Shown: one piece after another, positions 42,095 through 53,318 of the stretch
How the letters are laid out: each line of letters opens with the position of its first letter
Position numbering within the stretch: the first letter of the stretch is position 1
Source: Escherichia coli
GTDB taxonomy: Bacteria > Pseudomonadota > Gammaproteobacteria > Enterobacterales > Enterobacteriaceae
Direction: 5' to 3' (one strand)
Length of the DNA: 64,000 bases
NCBI RefSeq assembly: GCF_003334335.1
Contig: NZ_QOWQ01000003.1
Position numbers and translations under genes: made by a program
Notes under the pieces: model-generated
Seen by the model: only the letters and a program-made list of their open reading frames with translations
Told to the model about the DNA's origin: nothing
Databases searched by the model: none

Positions 42095-42250
42095 ATTGCC
42101 TGAAGCGCTACGTTTATCAGGCCTACGCGGATCATCGATGTAGGTCGGATAAGGCACTCGCCGCATCCGACAAGCGCTGCATGATACGACGCCTAACGCG
42201 TCTTTTCATGTCAACGCGGATGAGTCGTTAACACCGCATCCGGCAAGATA
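42095..42250. repeat. REP/BIME cluster (repetitive extragenic palindromic elements) between convergent sodB and ydhP
   Basis: Several imperfect palindromes of the GCCTGATAAGCG/CGGATGCGGCG type seen directly. Confidence 0.7.
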
Positions 42251-42308
42251 AATCGCACGTTGTCAGCAACTGTAACGCAGAAGGTTATCCTTCTGCGTTT
42301 TTGTTTAA

Positions 42309-43478
42309 TTAGCTGTTAGCAACGCAAACTGTTTCAGGTTGTTTTCTGGCTGACATAAACACCAGCAATAATGCCAGTCCCGCGACAATCGCTCCCATCA
42401 CCGGCACAAAGCTGTATCCCAGCCCAGCGGAAATTACCGCACCACCAGCAGCTGCTCCCAGCGCATTTCCAAGATTAAAGGCACCAATATTGACTGATGA
42501 AGACAGACCTGGCGCTTCACTGGCGACACGCATCACGCGCATCTGTAACGGCGGTACGACCGCAAAGGTTGCTGCGCCCCACACCACCATGCTAATAGCT
42601 GCGCCGAACTCATTGCGGGCCAGGAACGGGATTGCCAGCATAATCACCATCAACAACAACAAAAAGCCTTTCAACGTGCCGTTAACTGAACGATCTGCCA
42701 GTTTGCCGCCGAGATAGTTACCGATAGAGAATCCGACACCAATCAGCACCAGCATTGCCGTGACGAACACCGGTGTTGCGTGGGTAATACTTTGCAGTAC
42801 CGGAGAGATATAGGTGTAGAGAGTAAACATTGCACCAGCTCCCAGTACCGTCGTCAGCAATGCAGACAGCACCTGCGGACGCATTAATACCGCCAGCTCT
42901 TTTTTCACTTCAGGTCGTGCCCCTGCACCACCTTTAGGTAATGAGAAGAACAGACTTACCATTGAAATCACTCCCAGCCCCGCCGTTGCCAGAAATGACA
43001 TCCGCCAGCCGATGGTTTCACCCAACCAGGTCGCCGCCGGCACGCCACCGATATTTGCCAGGGTTAACCCCATAAACATAGTGGCAACTGCGCTGGCCTG
43101 TTTATGTTTTGGCACCACGCTTGCGGCCACGACTGAACCCAAACCAAAAAATGCTCCGTGATTCAGGCTGGTCAAAATGCGTGAAAGCATCAGGGTCATA
43201 TAATCCGGCGCGATGGCGGAAAGTACGTTGCCGAGCGTGAAAATTGCCATCAGGAAAATCAACGCACTGCGGCGGGCACGATGAGAAAGTAGAAGCGTCA
43301 TCAGCGGCGCGCCAACCATTACGCCAACTGCATAGGCACTGATTAACATTCCGGCAGCGGGAATCGAGACATCCACACCGCGCGCAATGACGGGCAACAA
43401 GCCCATTGGCGAGAACTCCGTTGTCCCGATACCAAACGCGCCAATCGCCAGCGCCAGCAACGGATAGTTAATTTTCAT
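42309..43478 (-). CDS. ydhP: MFS transporter YdhP, 389 aa
   Basis: Track ORF 389 aa, 12-TM major facilitator profile. Confidence 0.93.
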   Translation of the reverse strand: MKINYPLLALAIGAFGIGTTEFSPMGLLPVIARGVDVSIPAAGMLISAYAVGVMVGAPLMTLLLSHRARRSALIFLMAIFTLGNVLSAIAPDYMTLMLSRILTSLNHGAFFGLGSVVAASVVPKHKQASAVATMFMGLTLANIGGVPAATWLGETIGWRMSFLATAGLGVISMVSLFFSLPKGGAGARPEVKKELAVLMRPQVLSALLTTVLGAGAMFTLYTYISPVLQSITHATPVFVTAMLVLIGVGFSIGNYLGGKLADRSVNGTLKGFLLLLMVIMLAIPFLARNEFGAAISMVVWGAATFAVVPPLQMRVMRVASEAPGLSSSVNIGAFNLGNALGAAAGGAVISAGLGYSFVPVMGAIVAGLALLLVFMSARKQPETVCVANS

Positions 43479-43643
43479 GCCTTATCTCCACCTCTTCGCG
43501 TCATTACGCGATATTCATTAAAGTGGCGAAAGCATGACAGCAATCACAAAAAAATGAAAATAACAAAAAGAGAAAACACTTTTGCCATTTTGCTAACAAA
43601 CAGGAAGGAGATGCGAGGGAGAACGCGCTCCCTCGAGAGGAAA

Positions 43644-43733
43644 TCAGTGCAGCGCGGCAGTCAAACCCACGGCTACGATCAAACCGAGGACGATAATCGT
43701 TGTTACCAGTGAAAATTTAAGGTCGGTGCTCAT
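43644..43733 (-). CDS. ynhF: Small membrane protein YnhF, 29 aa
   Basis: ATG at 43733; translation MSTDLKFSLVTTIIVLGLIVAVGLTAALH is a single TM helix; below the ORF-track length cutoff. Confidence 0.75.
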   Translation of the reverse strand: MSTDLKFSLVTTIIVLGLIVAVGLTAALH

Positions 43734-43973
43734 CAAGTTTTCTCCTTTTTTATTACCACACAAAAAGTGATATTACGCATTTTTACACACTGTGATGAAA
43801 AAATCTCCCGTCATTTATAATGATAAGTGTTTTTACCACTTCCCCTTTTCGTCAAGATCGGCCAAAATTCCACGCTTACACTATTTGCGTACTGGCCATT
43901 GACCCCTTCCTGACGCTCCGTGTCGTTTTTCCGGCGTACCGCAACACTTTTGTTGTGCGTAAGGTGTGTAAAG

Positions 43974-43985
43974 GCAAACGTTTAC
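43974..43985. promoter_or_regulatory. PUR box (PurR operator O1) GCAAACGTTTAC in the purR 5' region
   Basis: Match to the PurR operator core (GCAAACGTTT) seen directly, about 50 bp upstream of the purR start. Confidence 0.6.
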
Positions 43986-44031
43986 CTTGCGATTTTGCAG
44001 GAGCTGAAGTTAGGGTCTGGAGTGAAATGGA

Positions 44032-45057
44032 ATGGCAACAATAAAAGATGTAGCGAAACGAGCAAACGTTTCCACTACAACTGTGTCACACGTGATCAAC
44101 AAAACACGTTTCGTCGCTGAAGAAACGCGCAACGCCGTGTGGGCAGCGATTAAAGAATTACACTACTCCCCTAGCGCGGTGGCGCGTAGCCTGAAGGTTA
44201 ACCACACCAAGTCTATCGGTTTGCTGGCGACCAGCAGCGAAGCGGCCTATTTTGCCGAGATCATTGAAGCAGTTGAAAAAAATTGCTTCCAGAAAGGTTA
44301 CACCCTGATTCTGGGCAATGCGTGGAACAATCTTGAGAAACAGCGGGCTTATCTGTCGATGATGGCGCAAAAACGCGTCGATGGTCTGCTGGTGATGTGT
44401 TCTGAGTACCCAGAGCCGTTGCTGGCGATGCTGGAAGAGTATCGCCATATCCCAATGGTGGTCATGGACTGGGGTGAAGCAAAAGCTGACTTCACCGATG
44501 CGGTCATTGATAACGCGTTCGAAGGCGGCTACATGGCCGGGCGTTATCTGATTGAACGCGGTCACCGCGAAATCGGCGTCATCCCCGGCCCGCTGGAACG
44601 TAACACCGGCGCAGGCCGCCTTGCCGGTTTTATGAAGGCGATGGAAGAAGCGATGATCAAGGTGCCGGAAAGCTGGATTGTGCAGGGTGACTTTGAACCT
44701 GAATCCGGTTATCGCGCCATGCAGCAAATCCTGTCGCAGCCGCATCGCCCTACTGCCGTCTTCTGTGGTGGCGATATCATGGCAATGGGCGCACTTTGTG
44801 CTGCTGATGAAATGGGCCTGCGCGTCCCGCAGGATGTTTCGCTGATCGGTTATGATAACGTGCGCAACGCGCGCTATTTTACGCCGGCGCTGACCACGAT
44901 CCATCAGCCAAAAGATTCGCTGGGTGAAACAGCGTTCAACATGCTGTTGGATCGTATCGTCAACAAACGTGAAGAACCGCAGTCTATTGAAGTGCATCCG
45001 CGCTTGATTGAACGCCGCTCCGTGGCTGACGGCCCGTTCCGCGACTATCGTCGTTAA
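44032..45057 (+). CDS. purR: Purine repressor PurR (LacI family), 341 aa
   Basis: Track ORF 341 aa recognised as PurR ([28 protein letters not shown]...). Confidence 0.97.
44062..44073. promoter_or_regulatory. Second PUR box (PurR operator O2) GCAAACGTTTCC inside the first codons of purR
   Basis: Second operator-core match seen directly, 30 bp into the coding sequence. Confidence 0.55.
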
Positions 45058-45986
45058 TCACCCGTTGCGGGAGTCTCTTCCGGCTCCCGCAGCCACTCCT
45101 TATTCAGCGTCTCACTATCGCCGAGATACTCAAGCAACCAGGTTAACGCAGGCGACATATCATTTTGCTGCCATGTCAGACAACATGCCGAATCCGGAAA
45201 GGGGTTTTCCAGTTCTAATGCTACCCACTTCCCCTCATTAAGCCACGGTTTGGCGAAATGTGTTGGCACCATCCCTATGCATAATCCTGCCGAGATACAG
45301 GTTGCCGATGATTCCCAGTCAGGCACGACAACTCTTTTTTGGTTATCCAGCAACCAGGTAATACGTTTAGGTAGCGTTCGCGAGGTGTCTTCGCGCACCA
45401 ACGACGGCCAGTTGCGCAACGTATCATCGCTGAACGGGCCATCCATCAACGCCAGCGGGTGGTGACTGGCAACAACGCAACTCCAGCTTAGCATCCCCAT
45501 ATCCCGGAAGGCATAACGACCGCCTACCGGAATCGCGCGTGTTGCGCCAATCGCCAGTTCCACGCGCCCGTCGGAAAGCGCATCCCAGACACCGTTGAAC
45601 ACTTCCTGAAAGACAAGAAGTTCGACATCATCAAAATGGCGATAAAAATCAACGATCATCTGCCGTGTACGTTCTGGCCTGACAATATTATCCACTGCGA
45701 TAGCTAACTGACCGCGCCAGCCGTTCGCTATCTGCTGACATTGCTGGCGGGTGATCTGCATTTTTTTGACAACAGAGCGCCCTTCTTTGAGAAACCACGC
45801 TCCAGCAGCGGTCAGCTCCACATCACGGTGCCGTCGTTCAAAGAGCGGCACCGCCAGCCACTCTTCCAGCTGACGCACGGTATAGCTGACCGCAGAAGGA
45901 ACGCGATGCAGCTCCTGTGCCGCAGCGCTAAAACTACCATTACGCGCTACCGCATCAACAACTTCGAGTGAATATTCTGACCACAT
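45054..45986 (-). CDS. punR: LysR-family transcriptional regulator PunR (YdhB), 310 aa
   Basis: Track ORF 310 aa with N-terminal LysR HTH; divergent from punC; 3' end overlaps the purR 3' end by 4 nt. Confidence 0.92.
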
Positions 45987-46098
45987 AGTCTGCCTGCAAA
46001 ATTTTTGAAACCAGTCATCAAATATTACCGTTTCACAACACTAATTTCACTCCCTACACTTTGCGGCGGTGTTTAATTGAGAGATTTAGAGAATATAC

Positions 46099-47310
46099 AT
46101 GCAACCTGGGAAAAGATTTTTAGTCTGGCTGGCGGGTTTGAGCGTACTCGGTTTTCTGGCAACCGATATGTATCTGCCTGCTTTCGCCGCCATACAGGCC
46201 GACCTGCAAACGCCTGCGTCTGCTGTCAGTGCCAGCCTTAGTCTGTTCCTTGCCGGTTTTGCCGCAGCCCAGCTTCTGTGGGGGCCGCTCTCCGACCGTT
46301 ATGGTCGTAAACCGGTATTATTAATCGGCCTGACAATTTTTGCGTTAGGTAGTCTGGGGATGCTGTGGGTAGAAAACGCCGCTACGCTGCTGGTATTGCG
46401 TTTTGTACAGGCTGTGGGTGTCTGCGCCGCGGCGGTTATCTGGCAAGCATTAGTGACAGATTATTATCCTTCACAGAAAGTTAACCGTATTTTTGCGACC
46501 ATCATGCCGCTGGTGGGTCTATCTCCGGCACTGGCTCCTCTGTTAGGAAGCTGGCTGCTGGTCCATTTTTCCTGGCAGGCGATTTTCGCCACCCTGTTTG
46601 CCATTACCGTGGTGCTGATTCTGCCTATTTTCTGGCTCAAACCCACGACGAAGGCCCGTAACAATAGTCAGGATGGTCTGACCTTTACCGACCTGCTACG
46701 TTCTAAAACCTATCGCGGCAACGTGCTGATATACGCAGCCTGTTCAGCCAGTTTTTTTGCATGGCTGACCGGTTCACCGTTCATCCTTAGTGAAATGGGC
46801 TACAGCCCGGCAGTTATTGGTTTAAGTTATGTCCCGCAAACTATCGCGTTTCTGATTGGTGGTTATGGCTGTCGCGCCGCGCTGCAGAAATGGCAAGGCA
46901 AGCAGTTATTACCGTGGTTGCTGGTGCTGTTTGCTGTCAGCGTCATTGCGACCTGGGCTGCGGGCTTCATTAGCCATGTGTCGCTGGTCGAAATCCTGAT
47001 CCCATTCTGTGTGATGGCGATTGCCAATGGCGCGATCTACCCTATTGTTGTCGCCCAGGCGCTGCGTCCCTTCCCACACGCAACTGGTCGCGCCGCAGCG
47101 TTGCAGAACACTCTTCAACTGGGTCTGTGCTTCCTCGCAAGTCTGGTAGTTTCCTGGCTGATCAGTATCAGCACGCCATTGCTCACCACCACCAGCGTGA
47201 TGTTATCAACAGTAGTGCTGGTCGCGCTGGGTTACATGATGCAACGTTGTGAAGAAGTTGGCTGCCAGAATCATGGCAATGCCGAAGTCGCTCATAGCGA
47301 ATCACACTGA
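46099..47310 (+). CDS. punC: MFS purine nucleoside exporter PunC (YdhC), 403 aa
   Basis: Track ORF 403 aa, MFS drug/metabolite efflux profile. Confidence 0.92.
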   Translation: MQPGKRFLVWLAGLSVLGFLATDMYLPAFAAIQADLQTPASAVSASLSLFLAGFAAAQLLWGPLSDRYGRKPVLLIGLTIFALGSLGMLWVENAATLLVLRFVQAVGVCAAAVIWQALVTDYYPSQKVNRIFATIMPLVGLSPALAPLLGSWLLVHFSWQAIFATLFAITVVLILPIFWLKPTTKARNNSQDGLTFTDLLRSKTYRGNVLIYAACSASFFAWLTGSPFILSEMGYSPAVIGLSYVPQTIAFLIGGYGCRAALQKWQGKQLLPWLLVLFAVSVIATWAAGFISHVSLVEILIPFCVMAIANGAIYPIVVAQALRPFPHATGRAAALQNTLQLGLCFLASLVVSWLISISTPLLTTTSVMLSTVVLVALGYMMQRCEEVGCQNHGNAEVAHSESH

Positions 47311-47600
47311 TCTATATCGATATACTTATACTTAGGCTGCTAACAAAATTTTGTTGTATGATTGAAATTAGCGGCCTATACTAATTTCGAGTTGTTAAAG
47401 CTACGATAAATATTATGTTTTTACGGGGACAGGATCGTTCCCGACTCACTATGGATAGTCATTTCGGCAAGGGTTCCTCCTTTCCCTCTGTTCTACGTCG
47501 GATTATAGACTCGCGGTTTTTTCTGCGAGATTTCTCACAAAGCCCAAAAAGCGTCTACGCTGTTTTAAGGTTCTGATCACCGACCAGTGATGGAGAAACT

Positions 47601-48749
47601 ATGAGTTCATCGTGTATAGAAGAAGTCAGTGTACCGGATGACAACTGGTACCGTATCGCCAACGAATTACTTAGCCGTGCCGGTATAGCCATTAACGGTT
47701 CTGCCCCGGCGGATATTCGTGTGAAAAACCCCGATTTTTTTAAACGCGTTCTGCAAGAAGGCTCTTTGGGGTTAGGCGAAAGTTATATGGATGGCTGGTG
47801 GGAATGTGACCGACTGGATATGTTTTTTAGCAAAGTCTTACGCGCAGGTCTCGAGAACCAACTCCCCCATCATTTCAAAGACACGCTGCGTATTGCCGGC
47901 GCTCGTCTCTTCAATCTGCAGAGTAAAAAACGTGCCTGGATAGTCGGCAAAGAGCATTACGATTTGGGTAATGACTTGTTCAGCCGCATGCTTGATCCCT
48001 TCATGCAATATTCCTGCGCTTACTGGAAAGATGCCGATAATCTGGAATCTGCCCAGCAGGCGAAGCTCAAAATGATTTGTGAAAAATTGCAGTTAAAACC
48101 AGGGATGCGCGTACTGGATATTGGCTGCGGCTGGGGCGGACTGGCACACTACATGGCATCTAATTATGACGTAAGCGTGGTGGGCGTCACCATTTCTGCC
48201 GAACAGCAAAAAATGGCTCAGGAACGCTGTGAAGGCCTGGATGTCACCATTTTGCTGCAAGATTATCGTGACCTGAACGACCAGTTTGATCGTATTGTTT
48301 CTGTGGGGATGTTCGAGCACGTCGGACCGAAAAATTACGATACCTATTTTGCGGTGGTGGATCGTAATTTGAAACCGGAAGGCATATTCCTGCTCCATAC
48401 TATCGGTTCGAAAAAAACCGATCTGAATGTTGATCCCTGGATTAATAAATATATTTTTCCGAACGGTTGCCTGCCCTCTGTACGCCAGATTGCTCAGTCC
48501 AGCGAACCCCACTTTGTGATGGAAGACTGGCATAACTTCGGTGCTGATTACGATACTACGTTGATGGCGTGGTATGAACGATTCCTCGCCGCATGGCCAG
48601 AAATTGCGGATAACTATAGTGAACGCTTTAAACGAATGTTTACCTATTATCTGAATGCCTGTGCAGGTGCTTTCCGCGCCCGTGATATTCAGCTCTGGCA
48701 GGTCGTGTTCTCACGCGGTGTTGAAAACGGCCTTCGAGTGGCTCGCTAA
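47601..48749 (+). CDS. cfa: Cyclopropane-fatty-acyl-phospholipid synthase, 382 aa
   Basis: Track ORF 382 aa with a SAM-binding motif (VLDIGCGWGG). Confidence 0.96.
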   Translation: MSSSCIEEVSVPDDNWYRIANELLSRAGIAINGSAPADIRVKNPDFFKRVLQEGSLGLGESYMDGWWECDRLDMFFSKVLRAGLENQLPHHFKDTLRIAGARLFNLQSKKRAWIVGKEHYDLGNDLFSRMLDPFMQYSCAYWKDADNLESAQQAKLKMICEKLQLKPGMRVLDIGCGWGGLAHYMASNYDVSVVGVTISAEQQKMAQERCEGLDVTILLQDYRDLNDQFDRIVSVGMFEHVGPKNYDTYFAVVDRNLKPEGIFLLHTIGSKKTDLNVDPWINKYIFPNGCLPSVRQIAQSSEPHFVMEDWHNFGADYDTTLMAWYERFLAAWPEIADNYSERFKRMFTYYLNACAGAFRARDIQLWQVVFSRGVENGLRVAR

Positions 48750-48759
48750 AGGCTATTCT

Positions 48760-48782
48760 ATCGCCCCCTCTCCGGGGGCGAT
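48760..48782. terminator. Bidirectional terminator hairpin between convergent cfa and ribC
   Basis: Inverted repeat ATCGCCCCC/GGGGGCGAT seen directly. Confidence 0.65.
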
Positions 48783-48788
48783 TTCAGA

Positions 48789-49430
48789 TCAGGCTTCTGT
48801 GCCTGGTTGATTCATGGCATTTTCTCGTGCCGCCAGCACACGTTCTACCGTATCTACCACTGCCTGAGTTTGTGGATCGATTTCAATGTTGACGCGTGCG
48901 CCAAGTTTTTTCTTCCCAAGAGTCGTGCGTTCCAGTGTTTCCGGAATTAAATGGACGCAAAAACGCGTTGGCGTGACTTCGCCGACGGTCAGGCTAATAC
49001 CGTCGATGCCAATAAATCCTTTGTACAGAATATATTTCATCAACTGACTATCCTGGACTTTAAACCAGATCTGGCGATTATTTTCTGAGGTTAATATTTT
49101 CGCCACTTCAGCAGTGGTCATAATATGACCTGACATTAAGTGTCCGCCAATTTCATCACTGAATTTCGCCGCACGCTCAACGTTTACCCAATCCCCCACT
49201 TTTAAATCGCCAAGATTGGTAATGCGTAACGTTTCTTTCATCAGGTCAAAACTGACATGGTTGCCGTTAATTTCCGTCACGGTCAGGCAGCAACCGTTAT
49301 GCGCCACGGAAGCACCGGTTTCCAGGCCGTCCAGCATGTGGTCGGGTAACTCCACCACATGCGTACGAAAATTTGGTTTCTCGTCAATCGACACCAGTTT
49401 TGCGGTGCCCTGTACAATCCCCGTAAACAT
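48789..49430 (-). CDS. ribC: Riboflavin synthase, 213 aa
   Basis: Track ORF 213 aa recognised as riboflavin synthase ([26 protein letters not shown]...). Confidence 0.95.
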   Translation of the reverse strand: MFTGIVQGTAKLVSIDEKPNFRTHVVELPDHMLDGLETGASVAHNGCCLTVTEINGNHVSFDLMKETLRITNLGDLKVGDWVNVERAAKFSDEIGGHLMSGHIMTTAEVAKILTSENNRQIWFKVQDSQLMKYILYKGFIGIDGISLTVGEVTPTRFCVHLIPETLERTTLGKKKLGARVNIEIDPQTQAVVDTVERVLAARENAMNQPGTEA

Positions 49431-49623
49431 ACTTACAACTCCTGAAATCAGTTAAGACATTCTGTTCAGCACAATAGCAGGTGGAAAACGCCCTTACCAG
49501 TGAAGGGGTAAGAATGGCTATTTTTTCACTGGAGAATTAATAAATCCTCGCTACAATAGACTGAATTTCCCCTGCTTCTTCTTTTTGCTGCCCATTCAGG
49601 CGGCTTTTTAGTCTCTCATATAA

Positions 49624-51018
<1,395 letters not shown>

Positions 51019-51058
51019 TAAAGACAAGGCGCAACCTTCACGGGTTGCGCCTGTATTT

Positions 51059-52315
51059 TTACGCAGGCTGGAGCGTTGCGCCAATCCCGTCTTCGTCTGG
51101 CTGTAATTTCAGAGCGTTACACAGAGTTTGCCGACTGGCATCTGTTATCTCAACGTGTATATCCCCGGTAACTTCCCCTTTCACATTGATGAAGTCAGGT
51201 GAAATTTCTTTTGCACTGGTTTGCAGGCAAATCGCTCCCTCTCCGCGCAGGCGTTTCACTTTCAGTTGCACATGCGTTGCCGCATCAGTGATCAGCCACA
51301 GTTTTCCACCATTCAGATTGATGTTACCAACAATGAAAGTGACACCGTCACCTTTTACCGTACTGCCGTCTAGAATCAACACACCGCCCTGCTGTACAGT
51401 AATCGTTGATTGTTGCAGCTCTGCGCCATAACCAATAATCATTGAAGCGCCGTCCAGTAATGCAACACTCCCGGTCAGTTCAACCGGTGCGCGATCTTCC
51501 TCTACGACAAAATTTTCGTCCGCGCTGATGGGTGACAACAGGATCACTGTCCCACCTTGTATTACCGCGTTTTCCAGCGTACCGGCATGCACTTCAGCCC
51601 GACCACCCACATTCACGGACAGGTTTTGCGTCTTACCGGAACTGTAGAGCTGAAGGCCATCCGTCCCCAGACGATAAATGGATCCATTCTCAACAATAGT
51701 GTCAGAGTCTTCACCACCGAGATTATTCATGGTGCCACCAGCAAGCAACGTATCACTGGCTTTCCCGGCCAGCATAAAAACGCCGCCCTGATTAATCTCA
51801 CAATTGCTGGCTTCCCCACCTGGATACACCAACAATTCACCACCTTCATCTACCACGACCGCTGAGGTTGTCCCATTAACCAACAGGCCGCCCTCTTGAT
51901 CGAGAATGATTTTTTCCGCGCGATGTCCTTCCAGTACACGCAGGTTACCGCCATTTTCCAGCAACAAACCGCAGGCATAACCTTTATCAACGCTGAATTC
52001 ACCTTCGGGATGGCGGCCATTAACCGTAGCGAGCGTAGAGAGACTAATTGCGCCTCCCTCGGACTGAACAATATCTGTGGCAATGGCACCATCGCTGACC
52101 GATAGCGTGCCATTGTTACCGTACTGTGTGCATTTGGCGATCCCACCGGTTGCCACTTTCAACCAGCCAGCCCCCGTGACCACGGTATTTTCGGCTCTTC
52201 CGCCAGCTTCAACAATCAACTCGCCTTCAGTAAGTTGCGTCGCGCCAATGACCTCGCCGGTCTTAACAATTTGCACGTTCCCGTCGCTCATCAAGTTTTT
52301 CGCATCAGATCCCAT
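51059..52315 (-). CDS. ydhQ: Autotransporter-passenger-like repeat protein YdhQ, 418 aa
   Basis: Track ORF 418 aa, Gly/Thr/Val-rich beta-helix-type repeats; no obvious signal peptide or C-terminal beta-barrel. Confidence 0.9.
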   Translation of the reverse strand: MGSDAKNLMSDGNVQIVKTGEVIGATQLTEGELIVEAGGRAENTVVTGAGWLKVATGGIAKCTQYGNNGTLSVSDGAIATDIVQSEGGAISLSTLATVNGRHPEGEFSVDKGYACGLLLENGGNLRVLEGHRAEKIILDQEGGLLVNGTTSAVVVDEGGELLVYPGGEASNCEINQGGVFMLAGKASDTLLAGGTMNNLGGEDSDTIVENGSIYRLGTDGLQLYSSGKTQNLSVNVGGRAEVHAGTLENAVIQGGTVILLSPISADENFVVEEDRAPVELTGSVALLDGASMIIGYGAELQQSTITVQQGGVLILDGSTVKGDGVTFIVGNINLNGGKLWLITDAATHVQLKVKRLRGEGAICLQTSAKEISPDFINVKGEVTGDIHVEITDASRQTLCNALKLQPDEDGIGATLQPA

Positions 52316-52622
52316 GATTTATTCCTTTGCTGCATCTGTGTGCCTTTATTGCTACCTAAGTGTAAAGGCTACGGAGGATTTATCCACGACAGATTTGAGA
52401 TGGTGGCAAACAACTCTGTTTAAACTCTGATACACGAATTATTGGGTTGTATCAGATGTAAATGCGATCCTGAATAAAAATCACCCTTGCAAATCAACAA
52501 AATATAGCCAATTTGCTTAAAAGCTCTGCAAACGGTCGAAATAGCGCAGAAAATTACGTTTTGCCTCTTGCCACCTTCCCACTCTGCCGCTAATATTCGT
52601 CCCCGTTGTCACCTACAACGTT

Positions 52623-52699
52623 GCGTTCATAGCTCAGTTGGTTAGAGCACCACCTTGACATGGTGGGGGTCGTTGGTTCGAGTCCAATTGAACGCACCA
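52623..52699 (+). tRNA. valV: tRNA-Val (anticodon GAC), 77 nt
   Basis: Cloverleaf read directly: GCGTTCATAGCTCAGTTGGTTAGAGC...anticodon loop CCACC-TTGACAT-GGTGG...TTCGAGTCC...CACCA. Confidence 0.95.
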
Positions 52700-52703
52700 T
52701 CCT

Positions 52704-52780
52704 GCGTCCGTAGCTCAGTTGGTTAGAGCACCACCTTGACATGGTGGGGGTCGGTGGTTCGAGTCCACTCGGACGCACCA
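52704..52780 (+). tRNA. valW: tRNA-Val (anticodon GAC), 77 nt, second copy
   Basis: Same architecture as valV with differences in acceptor and T stems; ends CGCACCA at 52780. Confidence 0.95.
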
Positions 52781-52887
52781 GATTTTCTTAATCTGGTCTT
52801 CTCCTTTTTCCCTCTGTTTCTTCTCTGTATCCAATACGTTAAAAGATTTACACTGTCTTCGTATGCGTTATCAGAAGGAGAATCGCT

Positions 52888-53193
52888 ATGGCAACTTTGT
52901 TACAACTTCATTTTGCTTTTAATGGCCCATTTGGCGACGCAATGGCTGAGCAGCTTAAACCACTTGCTGAGTCGATTAATCAGGAACCTGGTTTTCTGTG
53001 GAAGGTATGGACAGAAAGTGAAAAGAACCACGAAGCCGGTGGGATCTACCTTTTCACTGATGAAAAAAGCGCCCTTGCCTATCTGGAAAAACATACTGCC
53101 CGACTGAAAAATCTCGGCGTTGAGGAAGTTGTCGCCAAAGTTTTCGATGTCAATGAGCCACTTAGTCAAATCAATCAGGCAAAACTCGCCTGA
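52888..53193 (+). CDS. ydhR: Small cytoplasmic protein YdhR (putative monooxygenase-like), 101 aa
   Basis: Track ORF 101 aa; synteny. Confidence 0.88.
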
Positions 53194-53318
53194 CAGAATT
53201 TAATCAAGGGCGGTTAGCGCCCTTTTCATCCCTGTCTGAAATTTCTCAAATTCTAAAAATCTCAACCAAACTTATCTGATAACACTAAATTCGAAAGAAT
53301 GCGTACAGGTAAGTAACA

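Noticed and set aside
42095-42250. Cluster of short palindromic repeats after sodB, considered as a possible CRISPR array or mobile-element end
   Set aside because: The units are imperfect REP-type palindromes without regular spacer-repeat periodicity, and there are no cas genes or transposase nearby; this is a typical REP/BIME cluster.
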